DNA of 63,722 nucleotides, filler included, from Bigelowiella natans CCMP2755 (Eukaryota > Protista > Cercozoa), in NCBI GenBank assembly GCA_000320545.1. It is 9 parts of 9 records of this genome, joined end to end, with 100 filler letters (N's around TTAATTAATTAA, not from the genome) between each part and the next. Parts side by side here need not be neighbours in the genome. Positions count along the whole stretch, not along the records: positions 34,541 to 43,522 come from ADNK01003497.1; positions 43,623 to 58,701 come from ADNK01003504.1; 7 more parts are not named here. One strand, written 5' to 3'. Positions 41,476 through 55,647 of this stretch are shown one piece after another. Numbering within the stretch: position 1 is the stretch's first letter; the number at the start of each line of letters is the position of its first letter. A model generated the notes under the pieces. It made no database searches and was not told the origin of the DNA. It was given only the letters and a program-made list of their open reading frames with translations. Made by a program: the position numbers and the translations under genes.

Positions 41476-42514
41476 TATCTTGTGCGCAACGTGAGCATCA
41501 TCACACCGTCACCTCCACTGCTACTACTGCTGCTATGACTACGACGGGTTGTTGTTGATGGTAAAGGGAAGCAGTACCCGAGATTTGCAATGTACTTATT
41601 TGTTCCGAAGTTATCCACCATCTTGCGCGTCTCTGCCTTGATGACGTCCTTTGGCAAGTAAAGGACCGCTGGGTCTAGGTTGCCCTGCAGAACCTGCACG
41701 GAGGAGGAGGAGGAGGAGGAGGGAGAGACGGGAGGGGAGGGGGGGAGAGAGGGGGAAAAGGGAGCAAAACGAAGGAAGAGATTGGCGAGATTATTTATCG
41801 GGTTATGTAACAAGATTCAATTCAAACCCTTCCTCGCCGGTGCACGAGTATCACTACCACTACCACCACCACTACTACTACTACTACTTCTACCAACACC
41901 CAACAATAGGAAAGCTCCTGTTTAACGGCTGCCGAGAGCAGCAGCATGCATGCATGCACGCACCTTGTTTGGAGCTTGTTGACGTGCAATAGAAGGCCTG
42001 ATGCCTGAGAAAACACAACCCCCCCCCCCCCCCATTTCACCTCTTTCTCAGCCTACTCTCCAAACAAGATCTGCACGAGAGAATTGCGGGACTACCTTCG
42101 TCGAGAGAAATAACGTCGTAATCGCTGTTTGAAAGGTACAGGGAGAGCGTGGCCAGAGGCGCCCTTGGGAAAGACAGAGACGGGGACCTTTGGTGGAAGG
42201 GGAGGAGGGGGGGGGGGGGGTTATAGGGTGGGGAACATCAATCACATGGATTTTTCGTCCAGCTTTATTCGGCCCCAAGAAGTTTTGGGGAGGAGAAGAG
42301 AGCATCAAAAGATGTATATGAAGATGCCAATGCGTCAGCGGATAACCTGCGGGAGGCCTTGCTCTTTGAGCTGCTGTTTCACCTGGGCGGATTTGATTCA
42401 GCATGAGATTAGAAAGAAAGAGGCAAAGGAGAACACAGCCGCGGAGAGCTGCCGTGCAAGGCCGTTTCACTCGATAGTAAACAACGATTGCCACCATCGT
42501 TATCACCACCGCCG

Positions 42515-42548
<34 letters not shown>

Positions 42549-43450
42549 TATCACCATCATCACTCAAAACTTCAGCATTATCCCATGGAAGCGCGACGAT
42601 TCCAGGAAAAACCACCATAAAAACGCCGGTCTAACAGTGCGTGCCTCTTCACACCGAGTAGAATGCAGTGTTAGCTAGGCAAATGCGCAATGGCAGCGCC
42701 ACCTACCCTCGTCGCAACGTCTTTCAGATACGGGGTGCTGAACTCAGCGAAGAGCTCGGGTGTCAGCTCCCCCGCCCACGAGTCAAACACCTTACACATC
42801 AAGGCCACGGCAAACGTTTACATTACTTGGATTTCTGACGAAGAGAGACGACCCGTAAAAAGGCGATTGCGTCCAACCCCCCCAACCCCCCCCGGCTATA
42901 GCCTTGTGATGCATGCATAGCGTAGGCAGGGTCGTGCGTTCTCAAAAGCAGTAGGCTGCTCATCCGCCCTCACCTGTACCATCTGCGCCCCCGCGCGAAC
43001 CTGCTCTACGAGGTAGAGCACAACGGCATCGGTGATCGTTTCCAACAGCTTGTGACTGGCGTCAGGGTACTGATACAGGAAGCCTTTGGCCTTGACCGCA
43101 GCAGTGGATTTCGCGCCTGTTCCAGAGGGTTGAACGGCGCGTACATGAGCCAAAAATTAGCAACCGATGCGGAGGCGTGGCAGGTGGAAGAGAAAGGACG
43201 GGGGGGGGGGGGGGGGGGGGCATTGTTGAAAACCATGCTCTTCTAAATTCAAAAGCGACAGCGTTGGGGAGTATTCTGCTTTCTTCTTTTGTTTTTTTTC
43301 CCAAAGAACTTCCAAGCAGCCTCTCCTGCCTGCGAATGCTTTTGGATGTTTCGCATATTATGTTATTTCGTATGCTCCACTGTTAAGACAGTAGCAGTGA
43401 GTAGTACCCTCGCCTTGGACCATATAGCCAAGCAGGGTCCACGGGGCGCC
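41133..43450 (-). CDS. hemE: Uroporphyrinogen decarboxylase (C-terminal half; 5' part beyond the gap)
   Basis: [80 protein letters not shown]...YIANLG-YAVDKSMDPELVGAFVEELH. Confidence 0.92.
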
Positions 43451-43622
43451 TAGTTGTTGGTGGGGGGTGGGGGAGGGGGGGAATCCGCAACAATGCATTG
43501 AAAATCAAATAAATAACGATGCNNNNNNNNNNNNNNNNNNNNNNNNNNNNNNNNNNNNNNNNNNNNTTAATTAATTAANNNNNNNNNNNNNNNNNNNNNN
43601 NNNNNNNNNNNNNNNNNNNNNN

Positions 43623-44201
43623 GAAACTACGTCTTCCTGTAATTCGTTTCCTGTTCTCTGCCATTGTCGATTCCTGGATTGAATTTCAGCAAGTATATTA
43701 TACGTGAAGGCGACTTGACAACGAAAATAATTCCCCCAATCCTCCGTGTTTCGCAGAATGTTCGTATTCGTCCCATATAGCAATTATTTCCACAGCAATT
43801 CCCACCCGCGACAACTTCCACTTTTGATTGATGCTGACACAGACGACACAAACACAAACACACACGCGCGCGCGCACTATTCTCTATTCATTTGAGCGTA
43901 CCTTTGCCTTCGAATACTGAATAAGAGGTAAGATAGGAATGATAAAGATGGAGAAAACAAGCATCAGACCGACGATCAGGTTGTGAGCAGGGTGGGTAGG
44001 AGGCTTGATGTACGCAGAAGAATTGCGATTGGTCAGCTTCAAAACCCGACGCTGCAATCGCCGCGAGAGCTCTCTCAGCATCCATGTCAGACATGCGGAC
44101 CTAAACTTTGACCTGAAGATAGTTGTGTATGCTGTGCTCAGATTATACTTCTATGTTTTCCTTCCCCATCTATTTTTCGATCAACATTTCCCCCCCCCCC
44201 C

Positions 44202-44293
<92 letters not shown>

Positions 44294-47200
44294 GGTGGGC
44301 GTGTCAGCATGTGCATCAATACAACCGCTTTGGTGCCTTGGCCGCAGGCTCGCCTAAACGCTCTAACCTTTGGAGCATGTGCCTCACTGATATGACATAC
44401 AAGAAAGCGAGCGAGAGCTTTCGAAAAGTGTTATTGTTTTGGGCGTTCTTAGTGCTGCTGGTTCCATGTTTCGTTGATGTTGCGAGCCCTATGATGTGCT
44501 CTATGTATGGGTGTACGTCTTTGTCGCGCATATACCAACCGACCACCTCGTCGATCTGGCGCACTAACACGTCCTGGACGCTTTCATTTTCTGTAAGGTT
44601 GTCTTCATCCAAGAAGCCGTCTTCATTATTTGCATGGAGCTCCGAAGTGCTATCGCAACAACAAACGGAACAGGCACAAACGCAGCTCTCACAGCACCTG
44701 CGGCGATTGTAATTCCGCGTCATCTTCGTATGTAGCTCTGGTGGTAGTGAAGAATTAGACGCCAGCAAGTCACCGAAAAGACGAGAGAAAGCAGTATCCC
44801 CTTCCTCAAACATAGGAAGTAAGGCCGCAAAAAGGCAGGCCTTGACCTCTGCATCCCCGATGCCTTGTAGCTCATCCACATCAGAATAGTATAGAGCCGT
44901 TTTAATCGCTTCATTAGCTGTGTAGGAGAGCAGCACGACACGAACAGCGTTCAAGGCAGACATCACATCCGCAGTTCCAGACTCGTCAGACTTACCTTTA
45001 AGACCGAGGCAGTGTTCGAGCTGCGAGCGACATACGTCTCCATAGAAGAAATGAAGCAGAAGCCAGTAGAAAAGGTTTCTGCTAGGGGTGAATTTTTCTA
45101 GTACCATCGTGTCTGATAAGTCATAGGTATTCTTCATTTCTTGCACGACACGCCATTTTTCCTCCTGAGATTTAAAAAAAAACGCAGTGCACATGAAAAG
45201 AATAAAAGATAGCAGTCAGACAACAGATTACGATCTCGTATGTGCGGTGACAACTTACTTCATCGAAGCTTAAATATTGACCCAGTAATTCTGCGAGGTT
45301 GTATGGATTTTGCCAGATGTTGTATTCGCTAGTCCAATCAGGCACCATAAGATCTTGTCTGTTCCCTTTCCAATCCTCTTCTTTATCCTCTTCCTTAGGC
45401 CAAGAAAATGCATAGAGTAGCGGTGGTGCTTTGGACCCGTAACAGGGCAGGAGTTGGGCTATGCTTTGATAGTTTTTCAGATCGGCCGGACTCACTATCA
45501 TGTTTCTTCGGATATTCAAAGTTGCGAACCGGCATCGCGGGCCGTCAATAGCCTTACGCATATATTTGGCTACAAAACGGAACACGCTGTGGGCATACGC
45601 ATTCACACTACCTATTTTAGTAGCAGCAGCATCAGTAGGGGCACTGTTAAACGACGTGTCATACGCGCTGACTCCGTCATCATCAGTATGCAGCAGGAGG
45701 AGAAGAGGGAGGGGAGCCATCACGAATTTTTTATCCTGTTCTTTGGAGCGGCTGTTCCATTGAGCCAGCTTTCGCAGCTCCTCTTCCAATTTCCGTGTAT
45801 TCCACACCTCAAGCTGCCCGTCACTACTCTCTCCACCGTAATTCCTCTCACCAGCGTCCCCTGGTGACAGTAAGTGGTTAAATCGTAGAGCCCCGCTAAT
45901 CTCAGGAAGAAAGGCCTGTGAGACCCGCAGGGACGCATCAAGACGGCGTACACTCCAGTTTTTATCAGGAGCAAAAATACGCGCACAGATGCGCTCTGAC
46001 ACGGCTCCCGAGTCGTCTTGGTTGCTGAGGAAAACGGAAGTATCGTTGCTTTTCAACCTATCGGAACGCTGGCGGTGAACTTCGTCTTCGATCTCACCAC
46101 CTTGGTGGTAGGAGAGGCTAGGAGCCTTTATGTTCAGACAGAAAATACAGGGGGGGTATCTCTTCGCGCTCGGCCTTCTCAGGGCGTCCCTTTTGTTCCT
46201 TCTCATCTTTTCCCTCCGGGGTTTTCAAATGAAAAGCTCGGTCTTTGGAGAGATTGAGGAATACCGACATCTGTAGAGTCGCAAAGCCTCGTGAGATACC
46301 CGCGCAGCCCATGTACTCTACGACTCCGGCCTGAATGCGCTCGGTGGTGTGAAAACAGCGGCGGAAGTCCTCCCAAATATCCATGTGGCGAGGGCACTGT
46401 GGCCTCACTGGAACCACTTTCTCCACAACAGGTAGCATATTCAGGTATTTGTCACTGTACAACACGAAATCAGCGGGCTGGTAGGCCTCCATAGCCGTTA
46501 TTGTCCCTAGCACAAAGCCATTTTTAGTAGAAGCGGCATCGATACCAAGAATGTGCATCGACTTGGAAAGCAGGTCCTCTACTTTCTCTTTCACAGAAGT
46601 CGGCGTCCCGCGCTCGAAGAGCGGTTTAATAAACAATAGCATCTCCTCGTCTGAGCACAAAATCCAACGTCACGAAGGCAAAATTGAGATGCAAGTTTGG
46701 GATGCTCGTAAAGCAAAGGGAACTAATGAATCATAATCGAAAATCTGTTGTGAAGAGTGATCAATGGTTGGGTTACATATTTTTTACTTTTCATATATTA
46801 CTCAAAACCTTCACAAACGCGAGTTGGTCAAAATGTAGCAGGGCAGGGCGATTTACCTGACGGTGGGAGCAGCACTTGCGCCTGTGTGAAGACCTTTTCC
46901 TCGAACCGCCCACAATTTCCTGTTCTCTCAGAGCTAGGGTTCAAGAAAATATCCTCGTCGTAGTCATAGCGCACAGCCACAAGATTTGTGTGGCCAAAAG
47001 CAGGCCAGTACCCGGCATCTGTTTCTGAACTAGTATCGCCAGTCTGAACTTTGATTGAGCTATCAAAGAATGTTAAGCCGTCTTGGTAACCCTCTTCATG
47101 CTCCATTCTCCCCCCCTTTCCCTCTCTACTTCCGAGCTCGTGTTTCGTATCAATTTCGGTCGTGCCCGCTTTCTCCTTACTTGTCATCCAAGGTCCGTGA

Positions 47201-50200
47201 ACGGATGCTCTTTTTTTGTCTTTACTGGATTTTGGGGAGGAACGAGCTTTGGTCGAACCCTTCGATTTCGCTTGAGGACCCGAAGTTTTATGGTTTCTTT
47301 TTCGAAGAGAACCTGAATCGTTCCTATTTGACATCGGCAAAGCTTCGTCCTCGTGGCGGTTGGCTGTTTCCTTCTTCTCCATCTCCTCCGGGTGGATTTT
47401 TCCTGACTTCCCGTTTCCGCAGACCATAGCTTTCCAGCACGCAGACAGGCACCTACCCTGGACGATGGGAGAGTATGGTATTAGAGATTGTCGTCGCGAT
47501 TATCAGAACAAACACAAAAAGAAAGGCAAGCAGAAAAATCTGCGTTTCGCACTCATCCTCTGCAATGAAGGCTCTCATCGTTTCTTCTCTCCTGGCTAGC
47601 TACTGCATAGACGCACCCCGTTCTGCTCTAGATTCTCAATAATCGGACTGGGCTTCTTGAGGATCTTGGTAGTGTTGGCGTGCATACGATCGCCCCTTCC
47701 CAGTTTTACATAATCAGGAAAGTCCTTTCTCGAGACGACTTTGACCCCAAGAAGCGGGCGCTCGACTTCGAATCGCGACAGTACTTCCACGCGGCTACGC
47801 GGCTGTACCAGTTGCCACTTCATCTTCCGCCGTTTCCCCTCCCTCTGGGTTAGCGCGGTCAAAATGTCATCCGACAAACTTCTGCCGTTGCGCCTATTCA
47901 TACGGTGTAAGGAGGAGAGATAAAGATAACGGGGAGAAAATAATCAGTAAACGAGCCATTTTTTACGTCCACTCACGCCCAGGACGGGCAACAGTGGCAG
48001 AACATGCTCATTTTGTGTTTTGGGATCTCGTGTTGAGAAAATAGGGGAAAAACTTTCCCTAACCCAAATAATAAGTACAATCGCACGTTTGCATCATTCG
48101 CAAGGATCTCAGCCCTAACCCTAACCTGTTCTCTACCCTAGGCAATAAATACCGATTATCAATGTCAATCTTCTCGAGGAGGCTATCAAGAGTTCCAAGC
48201 GAGTGCGACCACTTCGAATCCCAGTTGTCGGTCGGGAGCAAGCCGATAGCAATGCCCTTGAGCTTCTTCTCACGCCACACCTTTGGATTCACCAACACGT
48301 GGGTTGCAAGGAGCTGGGAACCTGACGAAGGCGAGGAGCGTAGAGAGGAGGACGGCAAGGAACGCTGAGACTCTTTTCCGCCCTTTTCTTGAAAATGGCT
48401 GCCCAGACCCTTGTTCTTGAACACAAGACACGAATTAGGGCGATGCAATCCATTGGCTCTATGCTGGTTTTGTGCTTGGGAGGGGACAACCCTTCGCGGC
48501 TTCATCTCTCGGATCTTTCGCCGTAGAGCCCTGCGTTTGAGCTCATTAAGTATTGCCTCTAGCAAGGTCTTGTGATTCAGATATTCCGGTGTGAACAGCA
48601 GCTTGATTTTCTCCAGTAGCGATGGAGGCGGGCCGTGAAATCCTAACCAAGAGCCGGGAGCCGTAGAGGAACGCAATTTTTGACGTTTTTTCTTCCCCAT
48701 CTTATGAGGAAGTCCGCCTTTCTCGTTGCTGAGGCCATCGTTGGGGTCACCGTCTCTACCCGCGCTACGATGGTGCTGTCTGTAGTCTTGAAAGAAGTCA
48801 ATGAATGCATAGAGCTCCGGCGTCATAACGACCGCGACTGGGGGCGATTGGGACTGAAAGATGCCTGGGTCTGCTTCGTTCTTATCAAGGTCTATCAAGA
48901 TAATCCTAGGATCAAACTTGCGTTCATCTGGTTCATCTAGTCCCTGTCCCCCTTTAGGCTGTTGTTGGTATCGCCCCTTTAAATCTTTACCTAGAGATTA
49001 CAGAATTAGGAGATACGAAATCTCAGAGCGATGCGCTTCAAAAAGAAAGCAGCCAAGTGGGGAAAGGGGATCAAGGGATTGCGAGGTTAGGAAAGTGTCT
49101 CGGGATCAAAACCATCTAAAATCATGGACCAAGCCTTTCCCATCCCCCACCATTATTACCACTGTTGCTGTTGCGTCGGATGCTTTCGCCTTTCAAAGGA
49201 AGAAGGGACTGGGCGAGGTGGAAAGCAACTTCATACACACATTCCTTTGAGTCTTCATCGTAGCCAAGAATTAGGCAGTCCCTGTTAAGGACAAGACGCC
49301 GCAGCGTGTTGTTGTCAGCTTCAACCTCCCCGAAAACACTCATCGACGAGGAGGGGGACTGCCTGCCTTGCAGTGCTAAGGAGCGATGCAACGATATGTC
49401 TGGCGATGCAGATCGAAGGGGAACCTTTTTGGGACAAACAACAATGATAATGAAACTGAGTAAGTTCATGAAAAATTAACTTTTTGAAAAGTAGTCGCAC
49501 GATGAGTTTAGATGCTGGCGCTATATAGATACCGTACAGTTTTACCGTGCTTTCCCAGCCGCTTTTCCAATTCTCGAACCACTTTTGGACACCACTCTTC
49601 GGAGCAACTTTAGCTTTTGATGACGAGAATGACTCTAAGGGCGATAGAGAATCGTAGGCAAGAGGACGGAAGAGGTAGCGTTTGTTCCACTTGATCGGGT
49701 CTTCAAAGAGGCATATTGCGAACCCAAATTCTTCCAAAAATGTACGGGCGTCTTGGACACTATCAAGTAGCTGTTTTTGTTCCGCTTCTTGTTCCCCTTT
49801 CACAACCGTCTTCTTTTCACTCCCAGATTCAGTTGCAGTCCGGGGTGTGGTTGCAGATCGGTTGCCACTTGTTACAGTTTCGATGTGGAACGTAATCCAG
49901 CTAGACATCTTGTTGCGCCGATTCTTCAGTACCTTAGTGCGTTCCATACGCTCGAGGAACTCTGGATTTCCTTCCAGAAACTCGAATGGCTTTGGGCGCA
50001 CTTCCCATACACGCTCCTTTCGCATCTTCCCAAATTTCTTCGCGAGAGACTTAAAATCTTCGAGTAGTCGCTGCTTGCCCACCTTTTCTCCGGCGTCTTT
50101 TGTTTTTGTCTCAGCCTCCTGATTTTGCCACTGCTTTGTCTGGTCAACGAATAGAACTACGTTGACAGCTCCAAGGCAGCGAAGGGAAAGCGGGATAGGA

Positions 50201-51784
50201 TTTTGCACTAACGTCGACTCCTCTTCGCTCGCACCTTCTCTATTCTTCACATCGTCCTTTCTCTTAGCGCGAGATGATGGTGAAAGCTCGTGCTTGAGGC
50301 TTGCGAGCAGTATCAGGGCACCAATTTCGCTTACCACAAATCGGACGAAAGTTCGCCTTGGCGTCGACTTGGTCTCGTTTTCAAGCTTGGCTGCATACAG
50401 CCTGATTATATTGTTGATCCGCTCGCAGAGACGTTTCAAATGCCCCTTCGCTGGAGCGTTTTTCTTTCGGGTACTGGCTACCCCGCGCACGCTGTCGTCC
50501 ACGCCCAGAGACGACTTCTCATCTGTTCCATCCAGAGAGTTATAATCGAGACTGCTTTCCCCAATCTTCTTCCTCCGCTTTTCTTTTAGCTCAATCCTGG
50601 ACTCTATCTTTTTTGGCGATGGTGGCGATGTTCCGTCGTTTCCATCATCATTCCCAGCAATTGACCCAGAATAACAAAACACAGACGGGTTCTTAAAGTA
50701 ACTATTCCTCCATTCATGAATCTTCACGAGTCTGGAGCTGGCGGTTTTTGAGAGCAGGCTCTTCACTCCTCGACGCACCTCTCCCAGTAGGCAGCGGTGT
50801 TTCCTAGGGTCGCCAGCAAACACAATATGAATGATATTTTGATCCATATCTTGGCCTAGGCGCTTAAGATAGTTTCTGATCTTTTCTTCCTCAAGTACTG
50901 GCTGTTTAAAGGCACCAATCCAGCGGTGAAGTGCGTCGCGGAATACCCGAGTGCGGCTGATGCTCGGTTTAGCGCTGTTAGGTTGTTCTGTCTCTACCAT
51001 AATATTAGACACAGACGCTAACGCACCCGCTGAGCTGCGAAACTCTGTCCACATGAAGTATACAAACGCTTTGAAATCTAGCCCCCCCCTCCCGCCGCTT
51101 CCACGAATCTCGCCACTACCATTGACCGTTGCCTTTGTTATGGATGCAGAGAGTCGGAGGCATTTCTTCAAGCGCTCTTTGACGCGATCCCCTCGGAACG
51201 TGTATTTAATGAGCTCTTCGATCTCCCCAGCTGGAATTCTCATCTCGCCGACTTGTGTCTTGGTGTGGCGGTAAAGGCTAATGCTGGGGTCAGTAGTACC
51301 TTTGTTCTTGCCTTGTTTGAAGAGAGAGAAGATCTTGTGAAGCTCCTCTCTCTTGGAGAACTCCTCTGTGTGGAGCTCCCAATGGAGCAGGCTCTTAACC
51401 GGGATTGCTCCTCTTCCAGTATGGTCATATAAACTACCCCGTCGATCGTCTAGCCTAAGAATGCCGCTATTGATATCCCGGCCCTGGGAATGACTGTGCC
51501 GGTGCAGTTTCACGAAAGCCTTCTCTAGCTTTAGCGACCGATGGAAGCGTTGGTACTCGACCGCATGTGCATTGCGGACTCCCTCGTGGTTACGGCGTAG
51601 AGAGTTCAGGTATATTTCTGGTGATTCAAGGTCGCGAAAGCTGGAATCCTTGACATTCTTGGCCAGTGCGCGCAAAAGCTCCAGAACGGTGGCACAGTGT
51701 AGGCGCACGTCGCCGTGGCTATCTTCGCGAGCGCTTATGCCTACTTTGCGTTTCATTGTGTGGTCTCCACCTAGCACGACAACC
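43623..51784 (-). CDS. Long-exon coding region, probably the very large C-terminal extension of the ROCO gene; no recognised family
   Basis: A chain of long minus-strand ORFs (818, 115, 279, 101, 199, 180, 344 and 292 aa) separated by short intron-like gaps. Phase-compatible GT-AG joins seen at ~52010 to ~51785, ~49536 to ~49425 and ~49160 to ~48990. Confidence 0.7.
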
Positions 51785-52009
51785 TGCAGGGAATGTGTAT
51801 TTATCAGTCTAGGTAGTAGTAGTAGTAGTAGTAGAAGTAGTAGGGGGTAGTTGATGGCGTGAATAGGAAGGAGTCGAAAGGAGCGAAGGGATAACAGTAA
51901 TAGAGCCCACGATCACAAAACCATCGTGTACGCAATCATACAAAAGGACATTAGAAACGAGTAAGAGCACTTTTATCACCAAAGCCAAAGGGAATCGTAT
52001 TATTACGTA

Positions 52010-55000
52010 CAGAGATGCTTCGCATAGCATCCTCCGTCTGATTAAGGTGGCGAGTCGGCCCTTTTCTCTTGGCTGTCAGTACGTTTGGACTTGAGAGCTG
52101 GAACGCGATGCGGAACTCATTGGCCTCTGCGTTCTCCCCTTCCGCGCTGAGGCGGAATATGGCCTCTGTTCTTGCTAGTTCCTCATGCTGAATGTTAAGC
52201 GTCACCGTTTCCCCGGTGAATTCCTTCCAGGCCTTAGCAGCATTAGTGAGAATGCTTGCGAGGAGCATTTCGAAGTAGCTATGAGGCTTGAATTTCGGAA
52301 ACAAAATCGTAAATCTGGGATTCGTCGAGAAAGGAGACTCGCATTCAGGCAACTCACTATTCCCCGCATTCTCTTGCAGCATGCAGGGCACCATGAACTC
52401 CTTCTCGCCCCACGGACAGATGATCATATGTCGTTTCAGCACGTTGATAATGAAATCATGATCGTCCTTTTTGAAGTCCGTACCCGCCCATACCAGTTCC
52501 TCAAGCTCGGCGGCTGTGAATATTCCTTTAGAGGATTTTCCTACTTTCTCACGCCGCGCCCTCTGCGTTTCGTGAAGTTTCTCATCAAAAATTATATTTT
52601 TGAGCTTATTGAGGAGGTACCTGAAAGCGTATGCGTATTGGTGTCGTAAATCTATTGGTCGGAAAAAAGAGTCTAGGCGGCTGGCTCATACTTGTCTACA
52701 GAGCGCGTACACAGTTGTTACGGTGCCATACCTTTTCTCCAACGTAACTACGTTTGCATTCATCATTATCACCGCCACCATCATCATCATCACGATCATC
52801 ATCATCTTTCTCAACAACTTCTAATATCCTACATCGGGTTAAGGATGGCGTGGCTGTCGAGTCCCTCCTCATTAAAGTAGACGGCAACACCGAGATCGTG
52901 AAACTTCGAGAGCATAGGCTTTACATCCTTCTCCGGAATGACCCATTCGGCTGCTAGCTCAGTTATCTTTTGTACTGAAATGAGGTTGGCATCCTTTTCC
53001 TTTAGAATATCGTAAACCTTCGTCCACATCATTGGAATCTGTTGTTGTACAAAGCTGTCTTCCGCTAAGGCTGTGTGGATGCTTTTTCGGAGGAGAGGGA
53101 CCACATTATCCGGTGATGGGCTGCCACTCTTCGTGTTATCAACGGGAAAGAAGGATAATGTAATCGTTGTTGTCTGAAAAAACAAGGGAGGGAAGGGGGG
53201 GGGGTATTCAGAGAAGGGTTAGGAACTCATGAATCCATCAGAAATACGGTAGGTGTAGAGAAATGCGAAGGAAGCAAATATACGAAAATCCTTTATTCCA
53301 TCAATCAAATTTCCTCTTTGTTAACTTGTCAGAAATTCTCTACAATTCCACGCACCTTTCCTGCCTTATATCTGCAGTCACTCCAGGGAATATGGGCTGC
53401 TCCGAAGAAAACCCTCTGAAGAATACATTCGATTTCTTTGGATATTTCTTCAAGTTTTTGATTTATCTTTTGCCGGTTTTCGCGTTCCCGTTCCACCAAG
53501 CTATCCATGTGCGTGCCGACGATTGCAAACGAGGCCCCGCTCGCATAGGAGCGAATCGACTGCAGCCAGAAGAGTAGAAATTGAGCAGCCTCCTCGTTTG
53601 TCGAGGATATCCATTCTTTTATCGAAAAGACGATAACGTAAAAGCAATTCCTACCTAAAAATACCTGGTAGATTGTGCCAATTAGAGATGAAAGATACAA
53701 CGCACAACGGCATTGTAGGCGTGTGTGTGTGTTTGTGTGAAAGTGAAAATGGGAGAAATAGTCCAAAGTCGAACAGTTTTTAATATGAAGATAAAACCAT
53801 GACGACCGTTGACGTTATTATCCAGGTTCACTACTATGATTATCACGAGAAAAGCACAAAAAACAGCCAGCACCACACTTCGCCATGAACTACTTTATGC
53901 GTGGTGTAGAATACGGTCTGTCCTGCATAATCCCACACGGTCAGTCGCATCTCGTTGTCCTCTTCTCCGATATTGAAATAGTCCATTTTCTTTGCCAAAT
54001 CCACACTCTTTTGAGTCTTCGTCTCTTTAATCTTTTGCTCAGGCTCTTCCTTAAGCTGCGACTGCTGTTTGGGCTTATTATCGGGCGTCTTTTTACTCGT
54101 TTCTGCTGGCCTGGGTTTCTCTGCATTGGCCTTTTCTGGGTTTTGTTTAATTGCATTCGTTTCATTCATTTTGGTATCAGACGCCACTTCTTTCTTGGGA
54201 ACTGCAGCAGCCGCTTGAAGATCCTCCTTCTTCAGCTCTGCCTTTTTATTTTCCTCTTCTTCTCTCCTCTTCTCCAGCTTTGCCTTTTCCCTCTTTTTTT
54301 TATTTTCCTCTTCTTCTCTCCTCTTCTCCAGCTTTGCCTTTTCCCTCTTTTTTTTATTTTCCTCGTCTTCTTTCTTCTTCTTCGCCATCTTTTCTTTCCT
54401 TTCTGCTATTTCTTCCTCCTTTTTATGCCGTATGTCATTTATTTTGCGCATCAGCGTTCTTGCATGGTCCTTAGCGTTTTTCTTTTCGTTTACAAAGTAG
54501 CCTGTTTTTAAAACATAATAAAGGAAACATATATGTCATCTAGCTCTTACACACACACACACACACAATCACACACACAATTTCATATATTTCCAATTGG
54601 CAGTTTTTGAAGACACCCATATTTTCATTTCCTATCAGTCTTCGCCCCGCCCCTGTTTGTCAGGGCTATTCCCAATTTATCTCTACTCCTCTACCAACAG
54701 AAACATCCTGGCGCAGTTTACATATTACATATTTGTAATATATACACTACCGGCATTAGAAGACTTTACGTCCGCTCTAGATATCTTGACTTCCTCGACA
54801 TCGGCTACGACTGTGCTTGCAGTATCAATAAACGGCACATTTCTTAGGGAGTTGTATAGTGCACTCTTTCCGGACCGGCCCTGCTCGTCAAAATGGCGGG
54901 AGGTCAAAATCGCATACTTTCACATTATTTTTAAGGATAAGAGCGCGTCCCTGTCCCTTTTGGTATCCAAGTTGCAAATACGTGATGTCGCAATGATCGT

Positions 55001-55603
55001 AGCGATTTCAATGATACAAGCATTACCTTGCCAACAAGCATCAGCCTTGAGCGATTCCATTCTATATTACTCCTTAAGATCTGGTTGAGCTCCTCGCTAG
55101 TAAGGCCAAATTTGTGAAGGAATTCCTGAAAGAATCGCAAATTAAAAAATATCATCGTGTGAAACACGAATCCCTAATGCCTAATACCTTTCTCTTTATT
55201 TTGTCTGGTTTAATTGCTGAAAGAAGTTCGATAAGTTCTTTGTTTTTCATTTGTTTTGCAACATCTAATGCAGTCAACCCTAATAACATATCAAATCAAA
55301 CTCACGTGAACATAATCAATAAATGGATGAATAACAAATTGGATACTTTCTTTCTTGCCACATATCATATATATTTCGATGTTATCGCTTGTGACAAATT
55401 ATTATTAGTTTCCTATACCATAGTCAATCTTCCTTCACAAATATTATATATATAATCAAACTATCAATACTTACGATATTCCAAACCCACAAACAAACAT
55501 ATGGCATTACTTCATCGATGCATACAAAGTTGACATCCCTCATAACTAACTAAAGCATCGATGGCATTATATTACAAATGCCTTACCTAACACTGACACA
55601 CCA

Positions 55604-55647
<44 letters not shown>

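Noticed and set aside
48057-48127. CCCTAA telomere-like hexamers
   Set aside because: Only two or three copies, interior to the contig and at an exon/intron edge. Too short to call.
53885-54511. 208-aa hydrophobic + strand ORF resembling a membrane protein
   Set aside because: Antisense shadow of the K/E-rich Roc insertion.
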